Of a stretch of 64,000 bases of DNA, positions 42,016 through 54,806 are shown in pieces. The stretch is from Lytechinus pictus (Eukaryota). Under the pieces are notes generated by a model. It had not been told where the DNA came from, did not search any database, and was given only the letters and a program-made list of their open reading frames with translations. The number at the start of each line of letters is the position of its first letter. The stretch's first letter is position 1. Location: the NCBI RefSeq assembly GCF_037042905.1, contig NC_087250.1, positions 27,840,001 to 27,904,000 on the forward strand, written 5' to 3'. The position numbers and the translations under genes were made by a program.

Positions 42016-42347
42016 TTATTTTGTGAGGGAATTTCCGACATTCCCTTTCCCTTCAATTAACTTCAGGAGATCTTCAACAGCACGCATTTCCCATTCAGTC
42101 GGCAGAAATGTTGGATGTTTTGGAGAGTGCCATATTAGAAAGGGTGTCAAATTTTCCACCGTGGGGAACTCCCGTGGTGGCCATTCCAGTTTTTCTTGCG
42201 ATAGATTGAACAAGTGCGAGCGCGGCAGCGATATTTCTGGTGGAAATCACTTCCCCCTTATGAGATTGTCTGTCTTGAAAAGAATAAAGATTTACCATCA
42301 TCTTCATTTTACAGTCACCTTGATCTCCAAAAGAGTGGAGGTATCAC
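42016..42347 (-). pseudogene. Decayed terminal exon of an unidentified gene
   Basis: Minus-strand acceptor ctctctttctctcttag| at 42348; protein-like FPPEISLPRSHLFNLSQEKLEWPPREFPTVENLTPFLIWHSPKHPTFLPTEWEMRAVEDLLKLIEG with stops upstream. Confidence 0.35.
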
Positions 42348-43026
42348 CTAAGAGAGAAAGAGAGAGTGATCTCATTGTCAAAAAATTTACAAGCAATTAA
42401 GTGTATCATTATCATGTTCGAGATAGATGACACAATATTATTTTAACTCTTTGCCCACCACGAACACCCTCCTGCGCCGCATTAATTTCAAGTGCAACCT
42501 TTAGAGGGGTTTAGCATGGACTCTGCTAATACAGCTCACTTAAGCTTTTGTTTGGTTTAGTGTAAAGAAAAACTTTGCGATGCACTCATCACTAATTTGT
42601 GTATGAACAATAGACTAATTGCACTTGGTTTGTATTGTAAATTTATTTATTTATTTATTTATTTATTCATTCATGCATGTTCACAATATACAATGTAAAA
42701 GAATACACAGATAATGTATAAATATATATATATATGAAAACACAAGTAAATAATGAACATACAAAGGTGTTACAACATAAGCTAAAAGCTTGATTGGTTG
42801 AAGCACCTTTAAACTGGTTTTGCATCCAAGAAAACAAAATAAAAATGTAAGAATAAGGAAGAGAGGAAATAGAATGTGGCTTGAATCTAACTTGGCTGTC
42901 TGCTCTCTGTGACTAGTTGAACAATGCAGGCAGAGTTAATAATCTTTTTGTTTAATTCTTTCTTCCCACCTTTCCTCAGAAGGATGTGTACCAAAGATTT
43001 ACTCGAAGGAGTATTGTTTGCAGAAG

Positions 43027-43605
43027 ATGAATAGCATGATTCAAAGAACAACAAGACTTGTTTCATCTTGTCGACTTCAACTACAGGTGTTTGCAGCATG
43101 TCACAGTCACTCGCATACAGCAAGGCATAGTGTGTTTCACTTTCCTGACAGTCTAAAAACACATGGAGGAGAGGCTAATGTTTCGTATACTGGCAGAGTT
43201 TTTAAACGGAATCTGTCAGCATTATCACAACATAGATCAGAGTCAGACATTTGTAAACTCCAAAGAGCTCTTTGTAGGAATTTTAAACAAAGCTCGTCAT
43301 TGCTATGTCAGACGAACCAAGTTAATTGCATATGTGTCGGTCCAAGGAGATTCAAGGAAAGTAGACAGATGATGAATAGACCGGTGCACCATCATTTCTC
43401 AACAATAGCTTCATATTCTGTACTGAATGTTTGCCGCAAGAGAAGATATAACCAGTCTGCAGTGCAGAGTTGCAGAGTTCAAAGGTATGGATCCAGTGCT
43501 GTTGGAAATGAGACCGGTGATCCCCTCTCACCTAAGAGCCCACAGTTCAGATGCTACATGGATCATCTGAGAAATGAGCACCAGGCCATCTCAGATAGAC
43601 TTCAG
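43027..43605 (+). CDS. MTRF1L: Mitochondrial peptide chain release factor 1-like, first coding exon (long R/S-rich, acid-poor N-terminus)
   Basis: Acceptor cctcag| at 42979, open frame, donor CAG|GTTAGT (phase 0); start at ATG 43027 or 43036 is uncertain. Confidence 0.7.
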
Positions 43606-44167
43606 GTTAGTTTAAATACCATTCTCTTTCCTGCAGTAGTATTGAGAGGAATCTAACATTTTATTTACCTGTTCAGGGATCTGTTTCATTAAACTTGTTT
43701 TAAACAAATCTGCAAAGCTAATGAAATCCTTCAATGTGATTGGCTGGTAGTAAATTTGTTATTGAAATGTTCATTATAATAAGTCTTAATGAAATGGGAC
43801 AGAGACCCGTTTCCACAAACAGTTGGAAACATTAATGCAACATGCGTACAAACCTTGATTGTGATTGGTTGCTGAGCCATGTTTAAATTCGAATTCAAAT
43901 TTATTCAACACTCATCATAAAAACACATTACAAAATAATACAAGTATTACACAAAGGGAGATAAATATAAGAAATAGAATGACAAACAGAAGGTAGCACA
44001 TAATGAGAGTGTCAGAGGTAGCAGAAAGGAGGAGATTCCTTTTATAATTGCTACCCCAACAAAATCCTAAAGTTGAAAGTTGTAGATGTACATGAAAAAA
44101 TACTACACATGAGATATAAGATATAGCAGTCATATTTTCCCTTTTATTGTTTTGTATGTTTTAAAAG

Positions 44168-44303
44168 GGAGGGGAGCCGTTGTCAGACTCTAAACAGAAG
44201 GAGCTCAGGGGATCCATGATGGAGCTTGGTGAGATCCTTGAGAAATGGAACGAACTGATATCAATGAAAGAAGAGATCGATGAAATTCAGCATCTTATCC
44301 AAG
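44168..44303 (+). CDS. MTRF1L: MTRF1L exon (domain-1 helices GGEPLSDSKQKELRG...EIDEIQHLIQ)
   Basis: aaag| acceptor, AAG|GTAGGT donor, 136 nt open, phase 0 to 1. Confidence 0.75.
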
Positions 44304-45334
44304 GTAGGTAGTGGTCTTGATTTAAATGTGTTTTTAGAAAAATATGAAAAATAAGGATAAATTTGTGATATCAGCTGGCATTCTGATAGCTAAAACTAAC
44401 AGTGATTTTAGTCAATGCTTCTGTGGAATGCAAGTGTTCATGTCCTCCTGCAGTACACGTATCCATGACAGCTTATTTCCAATCGTCAAATTGCAAACTC
44501 GTATACTATCATTTGGTCTACCATCAGTTAGTCCACTCACCAAATGGTCTACTTTCATTTTAATAGTCTAATGCCATTATGTCTAATAACCAGTTGGTCC
44601 AATAGCCATATACCATTTGGTCTAATTGGACTAAGTGTTAAATTGTGCAAAGTGAATGAAAGTAATATGGATACTTGACCAACTGGTTATGAGACAAAAT
44701 GGCCATAGATGAAATGGTGATTAGGTGAAGTGATGATTGGACTATTTTTGTTTAATGGACCAAATGGTTGTTAGACTAAATGTTGATGGATGGAATGGCA
44801 TTAGACTAAATTAAAGACCATGTGGTGAGTGGACGAGTTGGCAAATACCATAATAGTAACTTTTATGCAATGGGGCACTGCTGTTCTTTGCGACCATTTT
44901 CTCCTGACTGATTGGAAGTTTCAATAGGGCCGTCTGCACCAGCCCGAGTTTTCAAATTAGTGCGCGATTTCTGATCCGGTAAATTATCCCGATCTGAAAA
45001 ATCTCGAAATTATTTGTAATGGAGACGCAATTTCGCTGGATTAATCTCGATATTGCTTTGTTTTGAAGTGAAATTATTGACATGAATGTATTTGGGATGG
45101 AAATAGTCCATTAAGATAATTTTTTAGCAATTCGTATGGTCAAATTTACATTTTGCTTCGATATATACAATATGAATTTATTCTGACCTGATTTGGCAGA
45201 TGCTAATTATCATTTAATATTGTCATACAATTTGAATACTGTTTCAAGGGAGAGGGCCTTCAGTACACAAGGTATTGATAGGCTGCACATTCAGACCCTT
45301 ATTTACTGGAGTGAAGTGTTTGCACCACAGATGT

Positions 45335-45490
45335 GGGGCCAGTTTCATAAAGAGTTACAACTGCTGTAACTTTGCCATTATGGCAACTACCATGGTTACC
45401 TTGACTTTGATTGGCTGCTGAGCCATGTTATCATGGTAGTTGCCATTATGGTAAAGTTACTGCAGTTGTAACTCTTTATGAAACAGGCCC
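45335..45490. mobile_element. Short palindromic MITE (gggcc...tttcataaag family)
   Basis: Near-perfect inverted arms; relatives at ~43677, ~45915-46072, ~62377. Confidence 0.75.
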
Positions 45491-46143
45491 TAGCATTTAA
45501 TCTTGTCTGATCCATTAAAAGTGAAAAAAGTGCCCTAGATGCTGTAACGCAAATCTTTCAATTGAACTTGGACCGATTTTCATGCCTTATTGCATATATG
45601 TTGTGATCATTATAACAGCAATCAAGCCAGCAAATATATTGTATACTCTGCGCTATGCCATTTGCTATGATGAAAATTGCTCTGCTCTAAATTCCACATA
45701 CTAATCGATGGACCATCTTCAACCCTGGGTTTAACACTATACCATATCCTAACATACATCCCATTGCAACCATAACCCTATATATGAGATAAAATTAAGC
45801 CCAGAGCAATTGTTGCAGGAGCGAATGCTGTGTCACTGCATAATCAAGCCATAAATATGCTCATGATAAATATGATCATGATCATTTGACCAGCGATCAA
45901 GCTAGCAAATCTGAGCTCCATTGCATCAAAGTTACCATCATGGTAACATTACTTTCCAATGGTAAATTGCATGTAATCCTTGATTCTGATTGATTGTTGG
46001 TCGTTGTTACCATGGTAGTTACCATTGGATGACAAAGAAACGATAATAGTAACTTTTATGCAACGGGGCCCCAGTGTCTGATCACACCATAAGGTTTGTG
46101 TGACAGTCAATTCCATCTCATTTCTTTTGTTTTTCCTCTATAG

Positions 46144-46327
46144 TTGGTTGACCTTCTAATGTCCTCCGAAGAGACTGATGATAATGATGTCATAATGGAG
46201 TTTTCAGCAGGAGTGGGAGGTCAAGAAGCTATGCTGTTTGCCTCTGATATGTTTGACATGTATCAACGATATGCAGATTACAGACGTTGGTCCTTTACAA
46301 TCCTTGAGTACTTTACCTCAGATATAG
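46144..46327 (+). CDS. MTRF1L: MTRF1L exon (PCRF domain start: [15 protein letters not shown]...MY)
   Basis: Strong polypyrimidine acceptor, class-1 RF motif, donor AG|GTTAGT, 184 nt. Confidence 0.95.
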
Positions 46328-47187
46328 GTTAGTAAAAGTCGTATTGTTTGGAACTGGAAAAATGTTGATGAAACGCTCCCCTGTGATAAAGGAGTCTTTG
46401 TTATGTGTGAGTAGCATGATCATCATGGTATGTTATTTTGTTGACTCTGAGACGATATTTTCCTCAGGTATCATATTGCAAAGCATGTTCAGATCTTTTA
46501 AAACCAATTGACTGATTGCAAACAAAATTGCTTAAAATGGACTGACTAATCAAGACCAATGTTACATTTGCATTTTGTTCAAAATACTAACCAGGAACCA
46601 ATCAGAAGTGTTCTTTTATATTTACAGGTACTTCTTTAGCTTTGATCCCCTTTCTCTTTACATATCTCTTTTGATCCTGGCAATATGCAAATACATGCAT
46701 GTTCAAATGTAGTTTTGGAAGTTTTAGTTTTACCTAAGATCACAGGGGCCACGGAATGGTTTTCATAGTGGGGGGCTGACCATGCAAAAAATCACAATCG
46801 TATGGTCATTTTTATGTTTTTGTACATGATTTTGGAAAAAATAACCCCCCCCCCGGCCCCCCCCCCACTTCCGCGGCCCCTGGATCAATGGTATACAGTA
46901 TACAGGATATGTTTAAACAATGTACCGTAAAGTGTAATTAGTGAGATGTATACTTGTTTTTGTACCAGTAATTGTTTAATTGACATTCATTTCAGTTTGT
47001 TAACTGTGTGGAGAATTTAGATTAATACCATTTATCTACATGTAACTATGTATCTATTTATCTACATGTATCTATGCCTGAACTTTTCTAATCAGTTTTA
47101 TCTGGATAAAGCAGTTTTTATGTACCGAAGAGACCACACTGCCTAAAATAAGATGAATAAATCAGTTACTTCAATTTTTTTTCCTAG

Positions 47188-47351
47188 GTGGATTAAGGCA
47201 TGCTACCGTTAGTATCACCGGTGATCAAGCTTATCGTCTTCTAAGACAGGAGGCTGGCGTCCATCGTGTTCAGAGGGTACCAAAGACAGAGAGACAAGGG
47301 CGTATACATACAAGCACCATGTCAATAGCTGTACTACCACAACCTAAAGAG
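47188..47351 (+). CDS. MTRF1L: MTRF1L exon with the RF1 PxT stop-recognition motif ([23 protein letters not shown])
   Basis: Canonical RF1 motif, cctag| acceptor, GAG|GTATAA donor, 164 nt. Confidence 0.97.
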
Positions 47352-50300
47352 GTATAAACCAAGGGCGTATACATACTAGTACCATGTCAATAGCGGTACT
47401 ACCACAACCCAAAGAGGTTAAAACCAAGGGCGTATACATACTAATACCATGTCAATAGCGGTAATACCACAACCCAAAGACGTTAAAACCAAGGGTGTAT
47501 ACATAATAATACCATGTCAATAGCGGTACTACCACAACCCAAAGAGGTATAAACCAAGGGCGTATATATACAAGTACCATGTCAATATCGGTACTACCAC
47601 AACCCATAGAGGTATAAACCAAGGGTGTATACATAATAATACCATGTCGATAGCGGTACTACCACATCCCAAATAGGTATAAACCAAGGGCGTATACATA
47701 CTAGTACCAAGTCTATAGCGGTACTACCACAACCCAAGGAGGTATAAACCAAGGGCGTATACATACTAGTACCAAGTCAATAGCGGTACTACCACAACCT
47801 AAAGAGGTATAAACCAAGGGCGTATACATACAAGCACCATGTCAATAGCGGTACTACCACATCCCAAATAGGTATAAACCAAGGGCGTACACATACTAGT
47901 ACCAAGTCTATAGCGGTACTACCACAACCCAAGGAGGTATAAACCAAGGGCGTATACATACTAGTACCATGTCAATAGCGGTACTACCACAACCTAAAGA
48001 GGTATAAACCAAGGGCGTATACATACTAGTACCAAGTCTATAGCGGTACTACCACAACCCAAGGAGGTATAAACCAAGGGCGTATACATACTAGTACCAA
48101 GTCTATAGCGGTACTACCACAACCCAAAGAGGTATAAACCAAGGGCGTATACATACTAGTACCAAGTCTATAGCGGTACTACCACAACCCAAGGAGGTAT
48201 AAACCAAGGGCGTATACATACTAGTACCAAGTCAATAGCGGTACTACCACAACCTAAAGAGGTATAAACCAAGGGCGTATACATACAAGCACCATGTCAA
48301 TAGCGGTACTACCACAACCCAAGGAGGTATAAACCAAGGGCGTATACATACTAGTACCATGTCAATAGCGGTACTACCACAACCTAAAGAGGTATAAACC
48401 AAGGGCGTATACATACTAGTACCAAGTCTATAGCGGTACTACCACATCCCAAATAGGTATAAACCAAGGGCGTATACATACTAGTACCAAGTCAATAGCG
48501 GTACTACCACATCCCAAATAGGTATAAACCAAGGGCGTATACATACTAGTACCAAGTCTATAGCGGTACTACCACAACACAAGGAGGTATAAACCAAGGG
48601 CGTATACATACTAGTACCATGTCAATAGCGGTACTACCACAACCTAAAGAGGTATAAACCAAGGGCGTATACATACTAGTACCAAGTCTATAGCGGTACT
48701 ACCACATCCCAAATAGGTATAAACCAAGGGCGTATACATACTAGTACCAAGTCTATAGCGGTACTACCACATCCCAAATAGGTATAAACCAAGGGCGTAT
48801 ACATACTAGTACCATGTCTATAGCGGTACTACCACAACCCAAAGAGGTATAAACCAAAGGCGTATACATACTAGTACCATGTCTATAGCGGTACTACCAC
48901 AACCCATAGAGGTATAAACCAAGGGCGTATACATACAAGTACCATGTCAATATCGGTACTACCACAACCTAAAGAGGTATAAACCAAGGGCGTATACATA
49001 CTAGTACCATGTCTGTAGCGGTACTACCACAACCTAAAGAGGTATAAACCAAGGGCGTATACATACTAGTACCAAGTCTATAGCGGTACTACCACAACCC
49101 AAGGAGGTATAAACCAAGGGCGTATACATACTAGTACCAAGTCTATAGCGGTACTACCACAACCCAAGGAGGTATAAACCAAGGGCGTATACATACTAGT
49201 ACCAAGTCTATAGCGGTACTACCACATCCCAAATAGGTATAAACCAAGGGCGTATACATACTAGTACCAAGTCTATAGCGGTACTACCACAACCCAAGGA
49301 GGTATAAACCAAGGGCGTATACATACTAGTACCATGTCAATAGCGGTACTACCACAACCTAAAGAGGTATAAACCAAGGGCGTATACATACTAGTACCAA
49401 GTCTATAGCGGTACTACCACATCCCAAAAAGGTATAAACCAAGGGCGTATACATACTAGTACCAAGTCTATAGCGGTACTACCACATCCCAAATAGGTAT
49501 AAACCAAGGGCGTATACATACTAGTACCATGTCTATAGCGGTACTACCACAACCCATAGAGGTATAAACCAAGGGCGTATACATACAAGTACCATGTCAA
49601 TATCGGTACTACCACATCCCAAATAGGTATAAACCAAGGGCGTATACATACTAGTACCAAGTCTATAGCGGTACTACCACAACCCAAATAGGTATAAACC
49701 AAGGGCGTATACATACTAGTACCAAGTCTATAGCGGTACTACCACATCCCAAATAGGTATAAACCAAGGGCGTATACATACTAGTACCATGTCAATATCG
49801 GTACTACCACATCCCAAATAGGTATAAACCAAGGGCGTATACATACTAGTACCATGTCAATATCGGTACTACCACAACCCAAGGAGGTATAAACCAAGGG
49901 CGTATACATACTAGTACCATGTCAATATCGGTACTACCACATCCCAAATAGGTATAAACCAAGGGCGTATACATACTAGTACCAAGTCTATAGCGGTACT
50001 ACCACAACCCAAATAGGTATAAACCAAGGGCGTATACATACTAGTACCAAGTCTATAGCGGTACTACCACATCCCAAATAGGTATAAACCAAGGGCGTAT
50101 ACATACTAGTACCAAGTCTATAGCGGTACTACCACAACCCAAGGAGGTATAAACCAAGGGCGTATACATACTAGTACCAAGTCTATAGCGGTACTACCAC
50201 AACCCAAATAGGTATAAACCAAGGGCGTATACATACTAGTACCAAGTCTATAGCGGTACTACCACATCCCAAATAGGTATAAACCAAGGGCGTATACATA

Positions 50301-53300
50301 CTAGTACCATGTCAATAGCGGTACTACCACAACCTAAAGAGGTATAAACCAAGGGCGTATACATACTAGTACCAAGTCTATAGCGGTACTACCACATCCC
50401 AAAAAGGTATAAACCAAGGGCGTATACATACTAGTACCAAGTCTATAGCGGTACTACCACATCCCAAATAGGTATAAACCAAGGGCGTATACATACTAGT
50501 ACCATGTCTATAGCGGTACTACCACAACCCATAGAGGTATAAACCAAGGGCGTATACATACAAGTACCATGTCAATATCGGTACTACCACATCCCAAATA
50601 GGTATAAACCAAGGGCGTATACATACTAGTACCAAGTCTATAGCGGTACTACCACAACCCAAATAGGTATAAACCAAGGGCGTATACATACTAGTACCAA
50701 GTCTATAGCGGTACTACCACATCCCAAATAGGTATAAACCAAGGGCGTATACATACTAGTACCATGTCAATATCGGTACTACCACATCCCAAATAGGTAT
50801 AAACCAAGGGCGTATACATACTAGTACCATGTCAATATCGGTACTACCACAACCCAAGGAGGTATAAACCAAGGGCGTATACATACTAGTACCATGTCAA
50901 TATCGGTACTACCACATCCCAAATAGGTATAAACCAAGGGCGTATACATACTAGTACCAAGTCTATAGCGGTACTACCACAACCTAAAGAGGTATAAACC
51001 AAGGGCGTATACATACTAGTACCATGTCTGTAGCGGTACTACCACAACCTAAAGAGGTATAAACCAAGGGCGTATACATACTAGTACCAAGTCTATAGCG
51101 GTACTACCACAACCCAAGGAGGTATAAACCAAGGGCGTATACATACTAGTACCAAGTCTATAGCGGTACTACCACAACCCAAGGAGGTATAAACCAAGGG
51201 CGTATACATACTAGTACCAAGTCTATAGCGGTACTACCACATCCCAAATAGGTATAAACCAAGGGCGTATACATACTAGTACCAAGTCTATAGCGGTACT
51301 ACCACAACCCAAGGAGGTATAAACCAAGGGCGTATACATACTAGTACCATGTCAATAGCGGTACTACCACAACCTAAAGAGGTATAAACCAAGGGCGTAT
51401 ACATACTAGTACCAAGTCTATAGCGGTACTACCACATCCCAAAAAGGTATAAACCAAGGGCGTATACATACTAGTACCAAGTCTATAGCGGTACTACCAC
51501 ATCCCAAATAGGTATAAACCAAGGGCGTATACATACTAGTACCATGTCTATAGCGGTACTACCACAACCCATAGAGGTATAAACCAAGGGCGTATACATA
51601 CAAGTACCATGTCAATATCGGTACTACCACATCCCAAATAGGTATAAACCAAGGGCGTATACATACTAGTACCAAGTCTATAGCGGTACTACCACAACCC
51701 AAATAGGTATAAACCAAGGGCGTATACATACTAGTACCAAGTCTATAGCGGTACTACCACATCCCAAATAGGTATAAACCAAGGGCGTATACATACTAGT
51801 ACCATGTCAATATCGGTACTACCACATCCCAAATAGGTATAAACCAAGGGCGTATACATACTAGTACCATGTCAATATCGGTACTACCACAACCCAAGGA
51901 GGTATAAACCAAGGGCGTATACATACTAGTACCATGTCAATATCGGTACTACCACATCCCAAATAGGTATAAACCAAGGGCGTATACATACTAGTACCAA
52001 GTCTATAGCGGTACTACCACAACCCAAATAGGTATAAACCAAGGGCGTATACATACTAGTACCAAGTCTATAGCGGTACTACCACATCCCAAATAGGTAT
52101 AAACCAAGGGCGTATACATACTAGTACCAAGTCTATAGCGGTACTACCACAACCCAAGGAGGTATAAACCAAGGGCGTATACATACTAGTACCAAGTCTA
52201 TAGCGGTACTACCACAACCCAAATAGGTATAAACCAAGGGCGTATACATACTAGTACCAAGTCTATAGCGGTACTACCACATCCCAAATAGGTATAAACC
52301 AAGGGCGTATACATACTAGTACCATGTCAATAGCGGTACTACCACAACCTAAAGAGGTATAAACCAAGGGCGTATACATACTAGTACCAAGTCTATAGCG
52401 GTACTACCACATCCCAAAAAGGTATAAACCAAGGGCGTATACATACTAGTACCAAGTCTATAGCGGTACTACCACATCCCAAATAGGTATAAACCAAGGG
52501 CGTATACATACTAGTACCATGTCTATAGCGGTACTACCACAACCCATAGAGGTATAAACCAAGGGCGTATACATACAAGTACCATGTCAATATCGGTACT
52601 ACCACATCCCAAATAGGTATAAACCAAGGGCGTATACATACTAGTACCAAGTCTATAGCGGTACTACCACAACCCAAATAGGTATAAACCAAGGGCGTAT
52701 ACATACTAGTACCAAGTCTATAGCGGTACTACCACATCCCAAATAGGTATAAACCAAGGGCGTATACATACTAGTACCATGTCAATATCGGTACTACCAC
52801 ATCCCAAATAGGTATAAACCAAGGGCGTATACATACTAGTACCATGTCAATATCGGTACTACCACAACCCAAGGAGGTATAAACCAAGGGCGTATACATA
52901 CTAGTACCATGTCAATATCGGTACTACCACATCCCAAATAGGTATAAACCAAGGGCGTATACATACTAGTACCAAGTCTATAGCGGTACTACCACAACCC
53001 AAATAGGTATAAACCAAGGGCGTATACATACTAGTACCAAGTCTATAGCGGTACTACCACATCCCAAATAGGTATAAACCAAGGGCGTATACATACTAGT
53101 ACCAAGTCTATAGCGGTACTACCACAACCCAAGGAGGTATAAACCAAGGGCGTATACATACTAGTACCAAGTCTATAGCGGTACTACCACAACCCAAATA
53201 GGTATAAACCAAGGGCGTATACATACTAGTACCAAGTCTATAGCGGTACTACCACATCCCAAATAGGTATAAACCAAGGGCGTATACATACTAGTACCAT

Positions 53301-53770
53301 GTCAATAGCGGTACTACCACAACCCAAGGAGGTATAAACCAAGGGCGTATACATACTAGTACCATGTCTGTAGCGGTACTACCACATCCCAAATAGGTAT
53401 AAACCAAGGGCGTATACATACTAGTACCAAGTCTATAGCGGCACTACCACATCCCAAATAGATATAAACCAAGGGCGTATACATACTAGTACCATGTCAA
53501 TAGCGGTACTACCACAACCTAAAGAGGTATAAACCAAGGGCGTATACATACTAGTACCATGTCAATAGCGGTACTACCACAACCCAAGGAGGTATAAACC
53601 AAGGGCGTATACATACTAGTACCAAGTCTATAGCGGTACTACCACAACCTAAAGAGGTATAAACCAAAGGTGTATACATACAAGTATTTTATCTATAACA
53701 TTACTACCAAAATCTAAAGAGATGCAACCTACCATGTCTATAATGGTACTACCACAGCCTAAAGAGGTAC
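47295..53770 (+). repeat. 65-bp tandem satellite (~99 units) derived from the exon 3' end plus splice donor
   Basis: Unit CAAGGGCGTATACATACTAGTACCATGTCAATAGCGGTACTACCACAACCCAAAGAG-GTATAAAC; unit starts at 47295 and 53665 are exactly 98 x 65 apart. Confidence 0.98.
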
Positions 53771-53859
53771 AACTTTCCTCAAACAAAAAATAGCTTCAAA
53801 ATGTTGTAAAGTTTTGAAAACTTTCTAGAACACTCTGGAATCATTTTGTGTTTGCTTAA

Positions 53860-54553
53860 CCCTATCCAGGCCGATTCACGCGATATTTTCGCCACGCGAA
53901 ATTCTTTGACCGCGCCGCTCGCTGACTTTTTACTTTCAAGTCTTGCGCAACTTTTGAGACCAATTTTGCATCTCCTGGGTACGCGGTTCTGAAATTACGC
54001 AACATAATGTAAGTGCATGTCAGACCAAAAATTGCTCAAAAACGTGATTTTGTGTACAAAGTCAATGCATATTGTGTTTTCAACCTCAAATCATAAATAT
54101 ATGATTATTTTTAGTTTTGCTGGTCAAAATTTATTTTTAATGCTGTTTATGATCTCAGAAGAGTCCCCAACAAACTTCAATGAATAAACAATGAAAAACA
54201 AAAGATCAAAAAAACAAAGAAATACATAAGAAATTGCAAAAAACAATATAATACATAAGAAATTGATCTGTTATTGCAATTTTTTTCATGTACACTTGCT
54301 GAGAACACCACAAAGAGTCTCCAAACCAAAAATTATAACATTTGGAGCTTTATGAAGGGAGCTAGAGGAAAAAGTATGATTTCGCATACTAATTAATGCA
54401 TAAATTAGCATAATCTCTTAATAGCAATTTGCATGAAATAAATTACTATACAATTTTGTAGATCATGTCCCAGACAACCTGCGTGCCAATGTTCGGCGCG
54501 ATCGCGCGGCCAACGGCCGTATGAACTCCCAAAATACCCCGGCCTAGATAGGG
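53860..54553. mobile_element. piggyBac-like MITE
   Basis: ttaa-ccctatccaggccg / cggcctagataggg-ttaa. Confidence 0.85.
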
Positions 54554-54806
54554 TTAATAACCACCTCACTATTGTTTGTCTTATTGGTCAAACATTTTAG
54601 TTATCTTGCATTTGAAGCTGTAGCATTCTCTAATAAAACAAATCTTCATGAAATTCTAGGAAGTATTGTGGCATCACTGTCATAGCATTAGTTTGCCTCT
54701 CCCCTGTTAGCTACAGTATATATCTGTGCAGCTTAGAATAGTTATTGGCTAATTCTATGAAGTAAAAAATACCAGCCATGACTTGAAAATAAAAATAAAA
54801 CTCTAA

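Noticed and set aside
39454..42036. Perfect NF-kB motifs GGGAATTTCC at 39454 and 42027
   Set aside because: Both lie in one duplicated decayed exon end, far downstream of the TIR gene; no promoter context
44692..44724. DKMAIDEMVI as the missing MTRF1L exon
   Set aside because: Inside a palindromic repeat, lacks a pyrimidine tract, too short and wrong exit phase
46144..46155. RF2-style +1 programmed frameshift: joining 44303 to 46144 gives GGT TGA C with the correct frame at +1
   Set aside because: Resembles prfB CUU UGA C, but GGU cannot re-pair at +1. The mRNA is translated in the cytosol where this factor does not act, and a conserved helix would still be missing. A lost exon is simpler
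47295..53770. CRISPR array
   Set aside because: No unique spacers, eukaryotic context, and the unit derives from the adjacent exon
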